From the human T2T-CHM13v2.0 reference genome, Homo sapiens, in NCBI RefSeq assembly GCF_009914755.1, contig NC_060938.1: a stretch of 64,000 nt of DNA, one strand, 5' to 3'. The position numbers were made by a program, and so were the translations under genes. The notes under the pieces are model-generated. The model was not told the origin of the DNA and did not search any database. It saw only the letters and a list, made by a program, of their open reading frames with translations. Below are positions 43,270 to 56,405 of the stretch, piece after piece (positions within the stretch are counted from its first letter, which is position 1; each line of letters opens with the position of its first letter).

Positions 43270-44179
43270 TAATGTACAGATTCTTAAATGTAAAGGTCAA
43301 GGAATCAAAGATGTGAAGATGATCTGCTTCACTGACTTTCGGCAAAAGAATCTTAAACTGACAAAAGAAGCAAGAACAGCAAGATCAGAGAAAAGCTCTG
43401 GCCAGTTTCTTTCTAAATGACCTCTGAGCTGGAGGGGAGGAGACCAGTTGTTAAGCCTAAAAATAAAGGAAGCTGTAGACAGGAGTCCCACAGGTGCTCA
43501 AAGGAGCAAGTGATGAAACCTCTAATACCAAGGAGAGCAGAGCCTCTTCCTGTGAAATATCTTCTCTCCTAGCCTTTAGGGTAATTCTAAATCACCATTC
43601 TTTTGTCGTCATTATTGAAATGTGCTTTTAGGAAGAAGCATAACAAGTCCTCCAGGGAAAGTTTTCAGCTGTAATTTTATTAGGGAAACAAGTCAAATTA
43701 TGGGTGTGCATGCATCCATTTTCAGAGAATTCTCTGGAACCTTCAGTGAGTCAAGCAGGACCTAAGGTACAAACCTAGCTACCGGGCAGGAAAAGATGAA
43801 TCTGTTGTTCTTTTATTAGATTGAGTCATACAGTACATGTAACATAAGAAAATTCTTTTGCTGAGAAAAGCATAAGAATGTGGTTCAGTACCATCCACCA
43901 GACATGCCCACTGTAAGTACCTTTTGGATCACATCCTACTACACTGATACAGCAACCACTTAGCATGTCATCACTTTCCCTTCTTAAATCTCATGCTGGA
44001 TGACTCCTGTTACTGGCCAAGGCCAGGCCAGTGTCACAACAACAAGACAAAACATCACATGAATTGACAGCAACACAATGGCAGCAGGAAATGATGTTCC
44101 CCAGGGAAAGACCTATTCATACTTGGTGAAAGTATGAAACTAGCTCAAGCAGCTCTCCCAGTTTAAGAAATTTAAGTAA

Positions 44180-44340
44180 CTCATTCATTCATTAAACATT
44201 TATTGTGCCATACATAATATATAAAGCACTGTTTATGCTCTGGAGTAAAGGACTAGCAGAAAGAATACAAAGAGAGTTGAGGCCTGGTGCCTACCTCAAA
44301 GGAGTACACCAGACAAGTTGACATTAACAAGAGCGAATGT
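44180..44340 (-). mobile_element. L2 3' fragment
   Basis: tcattcattcattaaacatttattg. Confidence 0.65.
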
Positions 44341-44879
44341 GAGTGATCGTGCAAATTGAAGAGGGAGATTGCCAAAAAAGAAGAAGGCAGCTGATCCTCA
44401 AATTCTAACTTGAAATACAGTGATAGGCCAAACAAAGGGAGCCACTGAATCTGCTGAAACTACAACTAAAACGGCTGAGTAGGATTTTCTCAGGCTACAC
44501 ATGCCAATCCCCTCACCTCACTATCCACCATTCCCAATATTTAGCAAAGTAACAATTTTGCTTCTTCCATGCGGGCCCAGTTCGATGGAATTCAAAGGGA
44601 AAAGAGCACTCAATCAACTTTCTCTAGACAACTTGCTGCACTGCTCAAGGGTCTATGTGAGAATTATACACATGGGGGAGGGAAGGGCAATACTAAGCAT
44701 GGGTGTGTACTGGACCTTGTGGTTGACCACCTGAAATAAGTTTCAAGGGCAAAACTGACTGGATTAGGAGGAACAAAGAAACAGCACCTGAAACTAATAT
44801 ACCTCTCAGCTCCTGACAAAGTCATTTATTGTTTAAATAATTTGGTTCCAGTGGGAGTCCCACTTGAGGCAATCTGGTC

Positions 44880-44975
44880 AACTAGGGTTGTTAGCTCTTT
44901 GAGGGCAGAGTCCATGTTTCTTTCATTTCTATGTATCCCGATACCACCTAGCACAAGATAGGGACTAAAATAATT
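44880..44975 (+). mobile_element. L2 3' fragment
   Basis: tagctctttgagggcagagtccatg...cacctagcacaa. Confidence 0.65.
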
Positions 44976-45261
44976 GAGGAAAAGAGGGAAAGAGGAAGAA
45001 AAATCAAGGGTCAGTTCACATTCCCTAGATTCTACACTCAGCTACTGGGGAGTGCGCAGCAAGAAGCATAGCTTTCTATAAGCAATTAAGGTGAGTGCAG
45101 TAACAAGCACACACACAGCCTGGGCCTAGGAGCATAAATATCCTCATCCATGAGCACTGACTCTGCCATTCGGATGGAAACAACCAGGTCCAGTAAACTG
45201 ATGAAGACAGATCCCAGCTCTGAAACTGTTGTCTTTACTGCTCTCACTTACCACACAGTCA

Positions 45262-46583
45262 CAGTATTAGTCAGGAAAGACTAGTCACTGCGGGAGCTGA
45301 TCATAATCCCAAAAGACACAATCTCAGTGAAATCTCAAAATCCTGCAAATATAATTCTTAAAAAAAAATTTAAAGACTCATTAAAAGACATTTATTTACC
45401 TTTTTAAAAGGGGATTTATTTGAGAAACAAAGATATGACACAACACTTCCTAGGTCACTTAACACAATAAAATGGACAATAACAATATACATACTTTTGA
45501 AAGCAAAAACACTCAAGTATGCTAACAACAGTTGCATGGGTATAACAATTATGAGCAGACAAACCATATTCAAAATGAAATAATTCAAAAGGGGAACTAT
45601 ATAAATGCACATCACTATGGTTGGTCATTGTTTGCACCTGGCTTTATGACTGCAATCATCTGAAATACTGTGATGAACAACCTAAGTCTTCTGATGAGAT
45701 TGATCAAAAACCACGATGGGTCACCACCACTTATGCAGTCATCCAAAGAGCTGAGATCAAGAAATTGTATCCTTCGCAAATGCAGATGTACAAAAAGAAC
45801 ATCTCTTTATTTGCTGAGAAAGTTGCAACATTTTCACGTGCACACAGAATGCTTACACACAAACTCAACATGGTGATACTACACTTTTGTGGAGTCAAAT
45901 TTGCAAAAATTGCATAAAAGGGATTCGAACTCTCTAAAAGTCTCTATACAATTTATTACTCCAATATTGGAAGTGATGAAAAAATAAAATACATAGCATA
46001 GTGAACTGTAAAAAATAATTCTACAAATTTAAAATAGTAGGGAAAAAACTAAAAAAAAAAAAGCTAAATAACTGAAAAGAAAATTCAACATGTAAAAATG
46101 TATATTACAGGGAAAGATTTTGGACAATCGCACAGAGACAGCCCATAAGAGCTGGCCTAACATTAACATCCTGTGATTGTGATTTTCAGAACTTTAGACA
46201 TGAGGGACTTTGGACTTTAGGGATTTTGATCTTTTGGGATTTTGATGTTCAGAACTTCAACATTCAGGATTATGACACTCAGGATTATGATCCAAACTCA
46301 TCACTGTCAAAATATATCCCTGACTTCTCTATAATGGCTCAAACACCTCCGAACTTTGTTCTTGCTCCCATGACAGAGAACTGGTGAATGAGGTGTTCCT
46401 CTTCCTCACGCTGAACTAGGGATTCAAGCTGATGGGCTCAGCTGTTTTCACTGTGGTCACCCCTTTGCTGGAATTCAGGCACGTGGCTGTACCTAACTCC
46501 AAAGGAGGCTGGGAAATGCATTCTTGCTGTGGGCTCAGGAAGAGGAAAACATGGATTATGCTGAGAAGCCAATAGCTTCTGCC
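45262..46583 (-). mobile_element. Old MLT1 (I/J-like) MaLR LTR interrupted by Ricksha
   Basis: gtattagtcagg...|...acgtggctgtacctaactccaaaggaggctgggaaatgcattc...tctgcca. Confidence 0.6.
45292..46299. mobile_element. Ricksha (MULE/Mutator-like DNA transposon), internally deleted
   Basis: Termini gatcataatcccaaaagacacaatc and ...gggattttgatcttttgggattttg...ggattatgatccaaactc; imperfect 9-bp TSD gtcactgcg/atcactgtc. Confidence 0.85.
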
Positions 46584-47744
46584 ATGGTATTTTACAGCTC
46601 TTCCTCCCCCTTCCAAGCTTTCTCTTGCTCTGTTTCTAAGGCTGCATATGTATATGTGTGTGTATACATACATATATAAAAAAACTATGTTTCTATGTAG
46701 CAAACTTTTGGTCCCATATAGATGATAAACATGAGGAACCCTCACATAAACATGGTTGATGCTTTATTTGTGAAGGAAAGGGAAGAATCTGATATTAGGG
46801 CCCAGAAGACGCACCTCTGCTTCAAGCAAGGGAGATAAATTCTGCTGTGTCCACATTCCCATTAAGGCCTTTATCAAGATCTATCCAAAAAATATATTCA
46901 CGAGGGGTTCACGTCCAAGCTGGCAAACACTAGTACAGCATAAAATTTCCCTGATAAGGGCAGCAAAATGCTAAGTATTTCCTTGAGGCCCTCAATGATT
47001 CCATGTACTGACCAAGGAACATCAATCACATCTTAGATTCAGCACTTCCATCACCAACTCTAGAAGCTGGCTTTCTTCTCAGAGCAATTTTTCACCAAAA
47101 AAAAAAAAGCATATTTTACTTCAAAGGCATTTAACATATTCAGCAATAGGTAGAAACAATTCCTCACTGAAATGTGGACACAGGGAAATGGCTAAACACA
47201 CACTCCGACATTAGTTACCCCATACCAGCCTCCCAAAGCAGCTGACTCAAAATTATGCCTCGGCAAAAATGCGAAATCAGCATATGACATAGACTTTCAT
47301 GGTCTATCTCAAATTAAATCACTGACATGCAAATGACCTGCTCTATGACTATACTGAACTATATGCCCCTTTGGGAAGATACATATGTGATTTATCTTGC
47401 TGTCCTCCACAATGCCTTGTATACCCCATCATTCAATAAACATTTGTTGAACGAATACAATTGTTGGAATTTCTATTCATCATTAGTAAGTTATCTGCAT
47501 GTGTACACGTAAGGGCTGTCAGTCTTGAGGACAAACACTTAGCTGTATGACTCATTCTGTATAAAACCTTGCTAAGAGGCGTGGGGTAAATGCTTTCTGA
47601 CGGTGACTGTGATAATGGTAGTAGTAACTATGACAGCACAGTCAGCCACAATATGTAAATGACTGTTCTATTTCATGCCTGTGGGTACAATCAGTCACCA
47701 CAAGTAGTACAAGACCCCAGGTCCTGACATGGTTCCCTTACCCC

Positions 47745-47950
47745 TCAGCACAATTCCCATCCCCTTCCCTGTTTTAGTTTTCCCCGTAGCTCATATCACT
47801 GTCTGACATATTTAACTTCTGTGTGTGTCTGTCTCCCCCACCGGAAGCTCTGTGAGGTCAGGGAATTATGTCCATGTTGTCTGGTATCCAAATCAGTGCA
47901 GGGCACATTAGAAATGCTCAGTAAACATTAGTGGAAGGAATGGATGAAAT
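47745..47950 (+). mobile_element. L2 3' end
   Basis: gtctcccccacc..aagctctgtgaggtcagg...tgctcagtaaacatt..ggaatggatgaa. Confidence 0.75.
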
Positions 47951-48457
47951 CAATACAATTATTTGAATTATTTCCTCCAAATCTGAAGATTTTGGAATCA
48001 CAGAAGAAATTATTCCTGCAAAGTTCCAGTATATTCACATTCTTTTGAACATCTCAAAAGGAGGTCTCACAGACAAGCCACTTTTTGTACTAAACACAAG
48101 GTTTCTAGAAACCTGTCATTGTTCTACCATCTTAAAGTCTCCAAATAAACTGAGAATGGACAATCTCCAGGACTGGACACGCTTCTGCTAAGTTTTCACC
48201 TAACAAAAACTACATCTGCAGGCCTGGCTCACTTTCACCTGGCTCCCACTCTACTACAGAGTCCTGCAGATGGCTCTGTCAGCTGGCACTGGCACTCATG
48301 GCATGAAGCCAGAAATGAGGATAGGAAATTCCTTTAATTCAGAAACAAATTTGCCTGAGTCCCACATGAACAAAATGTTAGCTGCCAGACCCAGCTCTAC
48401 ACATGGGAAGTAGCCACAATTCATTTTTAAAAATTTTTTTTAAGTTTTAAAAGTTTA

Positions 48458-48765
<308 letters not shown>

Positions 48766-51700
48766 TTACTTTAGGTTGTTAAAGACTCACTGAATGTTAT
48801 AATTAATTTGACAAGCTGTTGCTTGATAGAACTTTAAAATTCATGTTTTATTTAACTTGGTGTATGGAGAACAGCGTCTATTGGCAACAATAATTCCTCT
48901 TTATTCATTTTTCTGTTGACTCTCAAATAGCAATTACATAATGCTCCCAAAGTAATGGTAAAAGAGACTACCAGCTTGAGAATGTGTAACAAAAAAGACA
49001 TTTTACACATCAAAAGGTTTTATACCTATAGAATATTTTACACATCAGAAGCTTTTAGAATAGCAAGCAGTAGCATCTAACAACTCACAGAAGAATGGCT
49101 AAGCTTTTAAATCCCAAAACGAAGAGTCACTCTAACATCTTCCACCAAGACTTTCTTCACAAATACTGTGGTCAAAAGGTTTAAGTTTTTTAGCAAATAC
49201 TATCTCAGCCAGCCCACCAGCCAGCCAGTATATATTATGTGCTAACTCCACAGAGAGACATGGAGAATTCTGAGAGCAAGATATGACTTTTATCACAAGT
49301 TACTGGATTCATCAGCAAAATAAAAAGGATGGATGGGATGATAGCTAAGATCACTTCTAGTTAATTTGTTTTGTTTTCACTTCAGAATGGTCTCATTCAA
49401 CTATCGAACTGTATTATAAGACGTCAAGTTAAGGACGTCTTAAAGCAATTAAAAAATGAAATTTCAAAACAGTTCAATAAATGGAGAATTCTTATCACTG
49501 GGTCCTAATATCTGATGTTCTAAAACCTAAACATACAGCTTTGAAGCTTCAAATATTATTTAATTTCCCAGGGACTCTTCTCTTAAGCTCATTTGCTGAT
49601 TACTTGGGTTCCTTGTTTTTCCATTTTCCTACTTGCATCTCAAAATGAGGCATAAATTATACAAATTATACAAAACTATACAATAAGTAACCAAAATACA
49701 TTTCCTTCCCAGACCCAAAGCCCAAAGTGTTAGCTTGCACAGTATCATGTAGCGTAATCAAATGCACAGAAAATCTCCTCCCTCAGTGAAACAGAAACCC
49801 AACAAGCCCAGTCCGACAAAGTGAGGAGCACGCCATCGCCACAACGTCACCTACTCTTTGAGAACTTACTCCGACTTGGTGCTGACCCTGCACTAAGAGA
49901 TCCAGGTTTTCTAGTCCCACTGGTTTCTGTTACAGGGCATCAAAACACCCACATGTAGCCTCTTCATGCAAAACAACATCACACACACACAAACTGCATT
50001 TAGAACCAAGCCAAATACCACAAACATTATATGTTACCAAATTTTCAGCAATATGACTGCCACTGTATGGACTACAAATCATTCAAAGCCATTATTTACT
50101 TTTTCTAGAGTGAGTGGCACTCTCCAGGGAGAAATGCTAACAGGCTACCCCCAACTCTCCTCATCAGCCTAACTTCAGTTGTTTTTTCACTAAAACACCT
50201 AAAGATACCAAACACAACTGCTAACAACAGTGGCTCACTGAGCTCCCGGGCAAAGGAAAAGAGGTCTTCAGAGCTTCAAAAGCACACTTGGAGATTCGGA
50301 CACACCCTCATTCCTCTTTGGGAATCACTGATATGAGAGATTCCAGCTCAACATGCATTCCTGGAATTCTGAGTTCTCACCATAGAAACTCTAGCCAAGG
50401 CAGTCCTCAGGAAGAGCTGTTAAGTTATGGCTCACTTTATGATGGTTATGCTCACTTTAGATTTGAAAAGAGATTTATGGACTAGCCCAAAGTAGCCTCT
50501 AATCAGACTCAGAGGAAGAACATGTTTCCACGTTAATAAAACTTCTTCTCCGGTAAACCTATTCAGGCAATTAAAATGCGTTCCAATTTCTACTTCCCAA
50601 GCCTTTACATTCTTTGCTCTTAGCAAGAGAATTCAATAAACAAAACCTGAATTTTAAATCTGAATTCCAATTGCCTGAGGCTATTTTATACTTAAATAAA
50701 TAAATAAGTGGCATAAATTAACAAATGTTTTGTATTTAAAATATGTTTTTATAAGGCATTTACCTACCTTTAACGCAGCCTTTTAGTTGGGACTGCACTT
50801 CATGGAAAACTCCACACACAAAGCACCTTTCCTCCTAGTACTTCAAGGTCCTTATGAAGGAGCAGAACTTTCTAAACAGGAAACTAAAGCACAGAAAGGC
50901 GGAGCCTTAGTGACACTAGAACCCCAAATTCCTGGCATTCCCCAGCTGTAAGTTCCAGGCTCCCATCATCATATACTACATGCTTTGCATGTGGAGACGG
51001 GTCTGTTTGATGATTTTTTTTTTCTTTTCTTTGGGGGATAGGATTTGGTCAAAGTGACAAACATGAAAGAAAACAAAATTTTGACAAGACCAATGGTGGT
51101 GGTGTGGAGTTTCAAAGCCCATCCTATGAAAGAACCACCTTTCTACTTTACATACTGACTTTCTGTATTCTAAAACTACCTTCAACAAAGTCAATGAGAT
51201 GACTTGCTGGAAAAGCCCATGAAAATGACAGTCTAAATATAGAAATCTAAATGCAACTAATTACTTAAATCAGATATTGAGACCGTTTCACAATGGCAGA
51301 TTTAATGTTGAGAAAAATAACAAGCAAGGCTACAGTGCAAAATGAATTTGTCTATAACTACAAAAACTAGTTTAGTATTAAAGATCTACTTTCCAACAAA
51401 GAAATTTATATTCCATTAAGAACCCTGCAACCTTTGACATAGTCTTTGTTTCACTCCCCACCAGAACCACAAAGTAATTATGACACACCTGACATATTAT
51501 GACACACAGGCTCTGATCCAAGCTTCCTACAAGATGACACTTTTCCAGATGGCACCTGAGGCTGTCAGGTACCGTCAAGTATTTCCTATGTTGGAAAAAT
51601 ACTCAAGGATATTACATAAGACTGCTCCTCTCCTGTATATGCACTAACTTCAGAAAGCCACTGCTAACTGTTTTGGAAACACACTTCCTTTTCTCATGAT

Positions 51701-52224
51701 AGAAACTCTTTCATACCTGGGAAATAAGAGCTAATGTTGTTCATTAGCCAAGAGAAGCTAAGGTTATTGGGCATTGTGACAAAATGGCACGTTACTGGGT
51801 TCAGTCCAAGAGAATGAGACAAAATAATGTTTTCCCTGAGCCCCAGAGACTACAAAATCCAGTTATATTTTAAGTAGCCATTTTTAGAGATTTATATACT
51901 GTTCAGTGATAAAAATAAATGAGAGTCCCAGGCTTAAGGCACCATTATTCAGCTTTTAAAATTGCAGCATGTTTTCTTGCAGGATTTGGTTCAGCCAACT
52001 ACAGGATGAAAAAAAAGTATTTCTAAGCTACATAGGTGAGCAATAGATTGGATCCTGGGTTCACAAATTAGTGGAAAACATATGAGCCATTAACGAATTC
52101 CACAGGCAAGGCAGGCTCTTCTCTGGATGACTGAGATCTTCAAAAGTCAATACTCTAAAAAACTATTACTACATTTTGAATTTCCTACTGTGACCAGAAA
52201 AGCAACATATTCGGAGTACTGGCT

Positions 52225-52310
52225 GTTTTTTGTTTTTGTTTGTGAGACAGGATCTCGTTCTGTCACCCAGGTGCAGTACAACGGGACAAAAACAGCTCAC
52301 TGCAGTCTCA
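52225..52310 (-). mobile_element. AluJ 3' fragment followed by MIR piece (to ~52400)
   Basis: gagacaggatctcgttctgtcacccagg...agctcactgcag. Confidence 0.75.
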
Positions 52311-52474
52311 GATTTGACTAGAGTCAAATTCTAGTTTTGCCACTTATTAGCTGTGAGACTTGAAGCAGATCACTCAGGCATACACAAAAATGGAGTTAAA
52401 AAAAATGGAGCTAATTTATAAGGCCACAAGTGATTATATGTATGTAGCATGAAACATAAAAGATGAGCCTAGAA

Positions 52475-53055
<581 letters not shown>

Positions 53056-53188
53056 GCCTAGCATACAAAAAGCAGGGAAACTCAAAGACTATTAAGGTTA
53101 TATATCAAAAGGATTCAGGAGACCACACAAAGGGATTCCCATCGGCCAAAGATGAGACAATTTTAGTTTCAATAAGAATAAAGGAAAT

Positions 53189-53351
53189 GGCCTGGAAGGT
53201 GGCTTATGCCTGTAATCCCAGCACTTTGGGAGGCTGAGGTGGGAGGATTGCTTGAACCCAGTAGTCTGAGGCTGCAGTGAGCTACGATAGTTGCACGGCA
53301 CTCCAGCCTACATGACAGAGAAAGACCCCACCTCTTAACAACAACAACAAA
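53189..53351 (+). mobile_element. FRAM-like free Alu monomer
   Basis: Single arm with ggattgcttgaaccc...gaggctgcagtgagc and (AAC)n tail. Confidence 0.85.
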
Positions 53352-53704
53352 GAATCAATGTAATGGTTTGAAACATCAAATATTTTAAATTAATGAATTC
53401 TTGATGAGCCACCAATTTCTCTTTTTCTCTTTCCCCAGCTCCCCAAATTGGTTATCTCTGGATGCTAGGGAGCCAAATATTTTGAAAACTGGTAGATAAA
53501 TGGAAAGAATCGAACATTTTTCTTGCCTTTTCTATACAACTGTACCTCAGGATAGCCAAACAGATGATTGGATTGGCTAGATTATTCTTCATAGAAGTAG
53601 TCTAGCTAATAAATGGAGAAATGATTGACATGAAATAACATTTTAAAACTCCTAATGAATTGATGGATTTAGACAGCAAAATCACCATTGGCTATCAACA
53701 TCTC

Positions 53705-53709
<5 letters not shown>

Positions 53710-53746
<37 letters not shown>
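53710..53746. repeat. (CA)18 microsatellite
   Basis: Directly visible. Confidence 0.97.
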
Positions 53747-53748
<2 letters not shown>

Positions 53749-54456
53749 CTAAAGGTAAGTGTCTTCTCATGGGAATACATAACACTGCTCATATAGTACT
53801 TTTGACAAAAAATTGAAACAGAATTCAATCTAGCCTCTAAATGTAACTACCAGTTCACAAGAAATACAGAGGCTAGAGGAATATGTTAAACAGAGGAACA
53901 TTTAACATTTAACTCCATGAGATGGAATCAGCAAAATCCAGCCAGTGGGAAAAATTTACAGAATAAATGATCCCATTTGACAAAAAAAAAAAAAAATAGA
54001 TCACAAGGAAAAGATAGTGAAGGGTGAATCCACAGATTAAAAGGGACTGAAGAGGCATGTCAATCAACTGCAATGTGTAGACCTTATGTGGATACTGTTA
54101 CAAACTAAAGAGAAAAATAATGAGAAAAACAAACAAATGTGAACACTGACTAAATAGCCCATATTTGATTGTTAGAGAATTTTTTTAGTGTAATAATGGC
54201 ATTAATAGTATTAAAAAAGAGTCCTTATCTTTTAGAGATGTGTACCCAAATATTTACTAATAAAATAATAGGATGTCACGGATTTGTTTCAACATAATCC
54301 CTGGTAGAGAGAGGAGGCTAAGATCTAGATGAAACAAGATTGGCCATAAATTAACCATTGTTGAAGCTGAGAGAGAGGCACATAGGGTCTGCTATTATAT
54401 TCTCTTGTACTCCTGTGTACGTTTGAAATTTTCTGTACCAAAAAGTTAAAAATATG

Positions 54457-54740
<284 letters not shown>

Positions 54741-56139
54741 AGCAGCCATGAAAATGTCTACTTGTCTTCTCTTGACTTCTCCACCTATACTGTGAGATGC
54801 TGAGAGGCAAGCCTTGCACACTCAGCTACCGTGCAAGGCACAGAGTCCGTGTCCACAGAACACTTGATAAACTAGGCTATCAGCCAAAGATTTGCAAAGG
54901 TGAACTGTGACAGGGTATGTTCTGCAAAGAAGTTCTGAGTCAGCTGTCTCTGAACCGTAGACATCTCTCCAACAAAGCAGAGAACAAAACTGTATTTATA
55001 GTATGATAACCAAGAAAGATAAACAAAAACTCTACACAGAAAACTGTTTAAAAAGCTTTTCACATAAAAAGAAAATACATGAAAACAGTACTTTTTTTTC
55101 TCTTGGATATAGGGAATATGAGAATTTGATTTTCTTTGCTTCTATTTCTCTCAATCTCCCAAATTTTCTGTAATTACCATATTATTTTAAATGTTGGAGA
55201 ATACCATAACTTTTTTACTTTTAAATCACTTATATCAAAGCTCTATTGATGGCTGCTTTTACATAATATTTCATTGGTTATATTTCTATGAGCCTTTTGA
55301 CTTAGATAAACGAACAGTATTATAATGAAGAAAATACTGAAAACTATCATTGAGGGATTTTAAAATTGAATTCTAAAAGCAGTATGAGAACACCCTTATT
55401 TACATTGGGGAAGGGAAAGATAACCATTATCTTTTTCTCTACAAAATAAAAGAGAACTGCTTTAAAAAAAAATCACATTTGAACAACCTGGATCAAGGGG
55501 ATTTCTCTGGTTCTTCTAAAACCTCAGTTTCAGTGCAGGAAGCTGGAGACAGAGATATCTGGGACCTAATGAAGGGGCCTCTTGTGCACTCCTCTATACC
55601 CCCTGTTCCAGACACATACCCTGCCCACCCAACCCACAGTCTCCACCCCTTCCATTAGCCCCAGGGAGGCAGAAAATAAAGGAGTTTAATTTAATGTCAA
55701 GATTCCACACCTGGCAAGACAATATTCTCCAAGGGAAAGTTCATCCCACAAAAAGAAATGGATTTATTATTTTTTAGAAAAAAAAAATCCTTTTGATAAA
55801 GATTCTTAAAGAACTAGGCAACAGTCAGAATCCCGGAGCAAGTTTCAATTATTTCACTTAGAAAATAACTGAAAGAATATGTGCACCAATGACTATTAAT
55901 AATTGAACATGAAAAAAGAAAAATGTTAGAAATTTGGTGTGGATAATTGTTATGTTTTCCACACGGGTCTAATTAAAGTTGATTTAGACTGCATAGTGCC
56001 TTTTTTTGTAACCCTGTTATTAAATTAACAAACAACAACAAGGAAAAAAAAAAAAAAGCTCAAACTGCTACTTCTCCTGTGCTTTACACATATTCTGGGA
56101 GGCTGAACTCAAAGTGAGGAAAAAAGTCAAACAACTCAA

Positions 56140-56405
56140 CATATGGCAGTGTCACCTTGTAGCTAAGAGTGTGAACTTTGAACCAACTGCCAAGGTTAAA
56201 ATTGCTGATCTGCCATTGACTAGCTGTGTGACCTTGGAGACACTGTGCAGCTTCTCTTGCATTATGGGTTCCTCAACTAAAAAATAAAGTTATGAGTGGA
56301 AGTGTCAGAGGGCTGTTGTAATAGTTGAGATGAGAAATGAAAAATGCTTAGGTGAGTGCCTAACACCATGCACGCTCAATAAATGCTACCTACTATTCTT
56401 ATTAT
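56140..56405 (+). mobile_element. MIR
   Basis: tctgccattgactagctgtgtgaccttgg...gctcaataaatgctacctactatt. Confidence 0.8.

Larger units (their letters stand above)
53080..54452 (+). mobile_element. L1MC-like 3' region
   Basis: ggattcccatcggccaaagatgagacaatt...gatgaaacaagattggccata...gtttgaaattttc. Confidence 0.8.
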
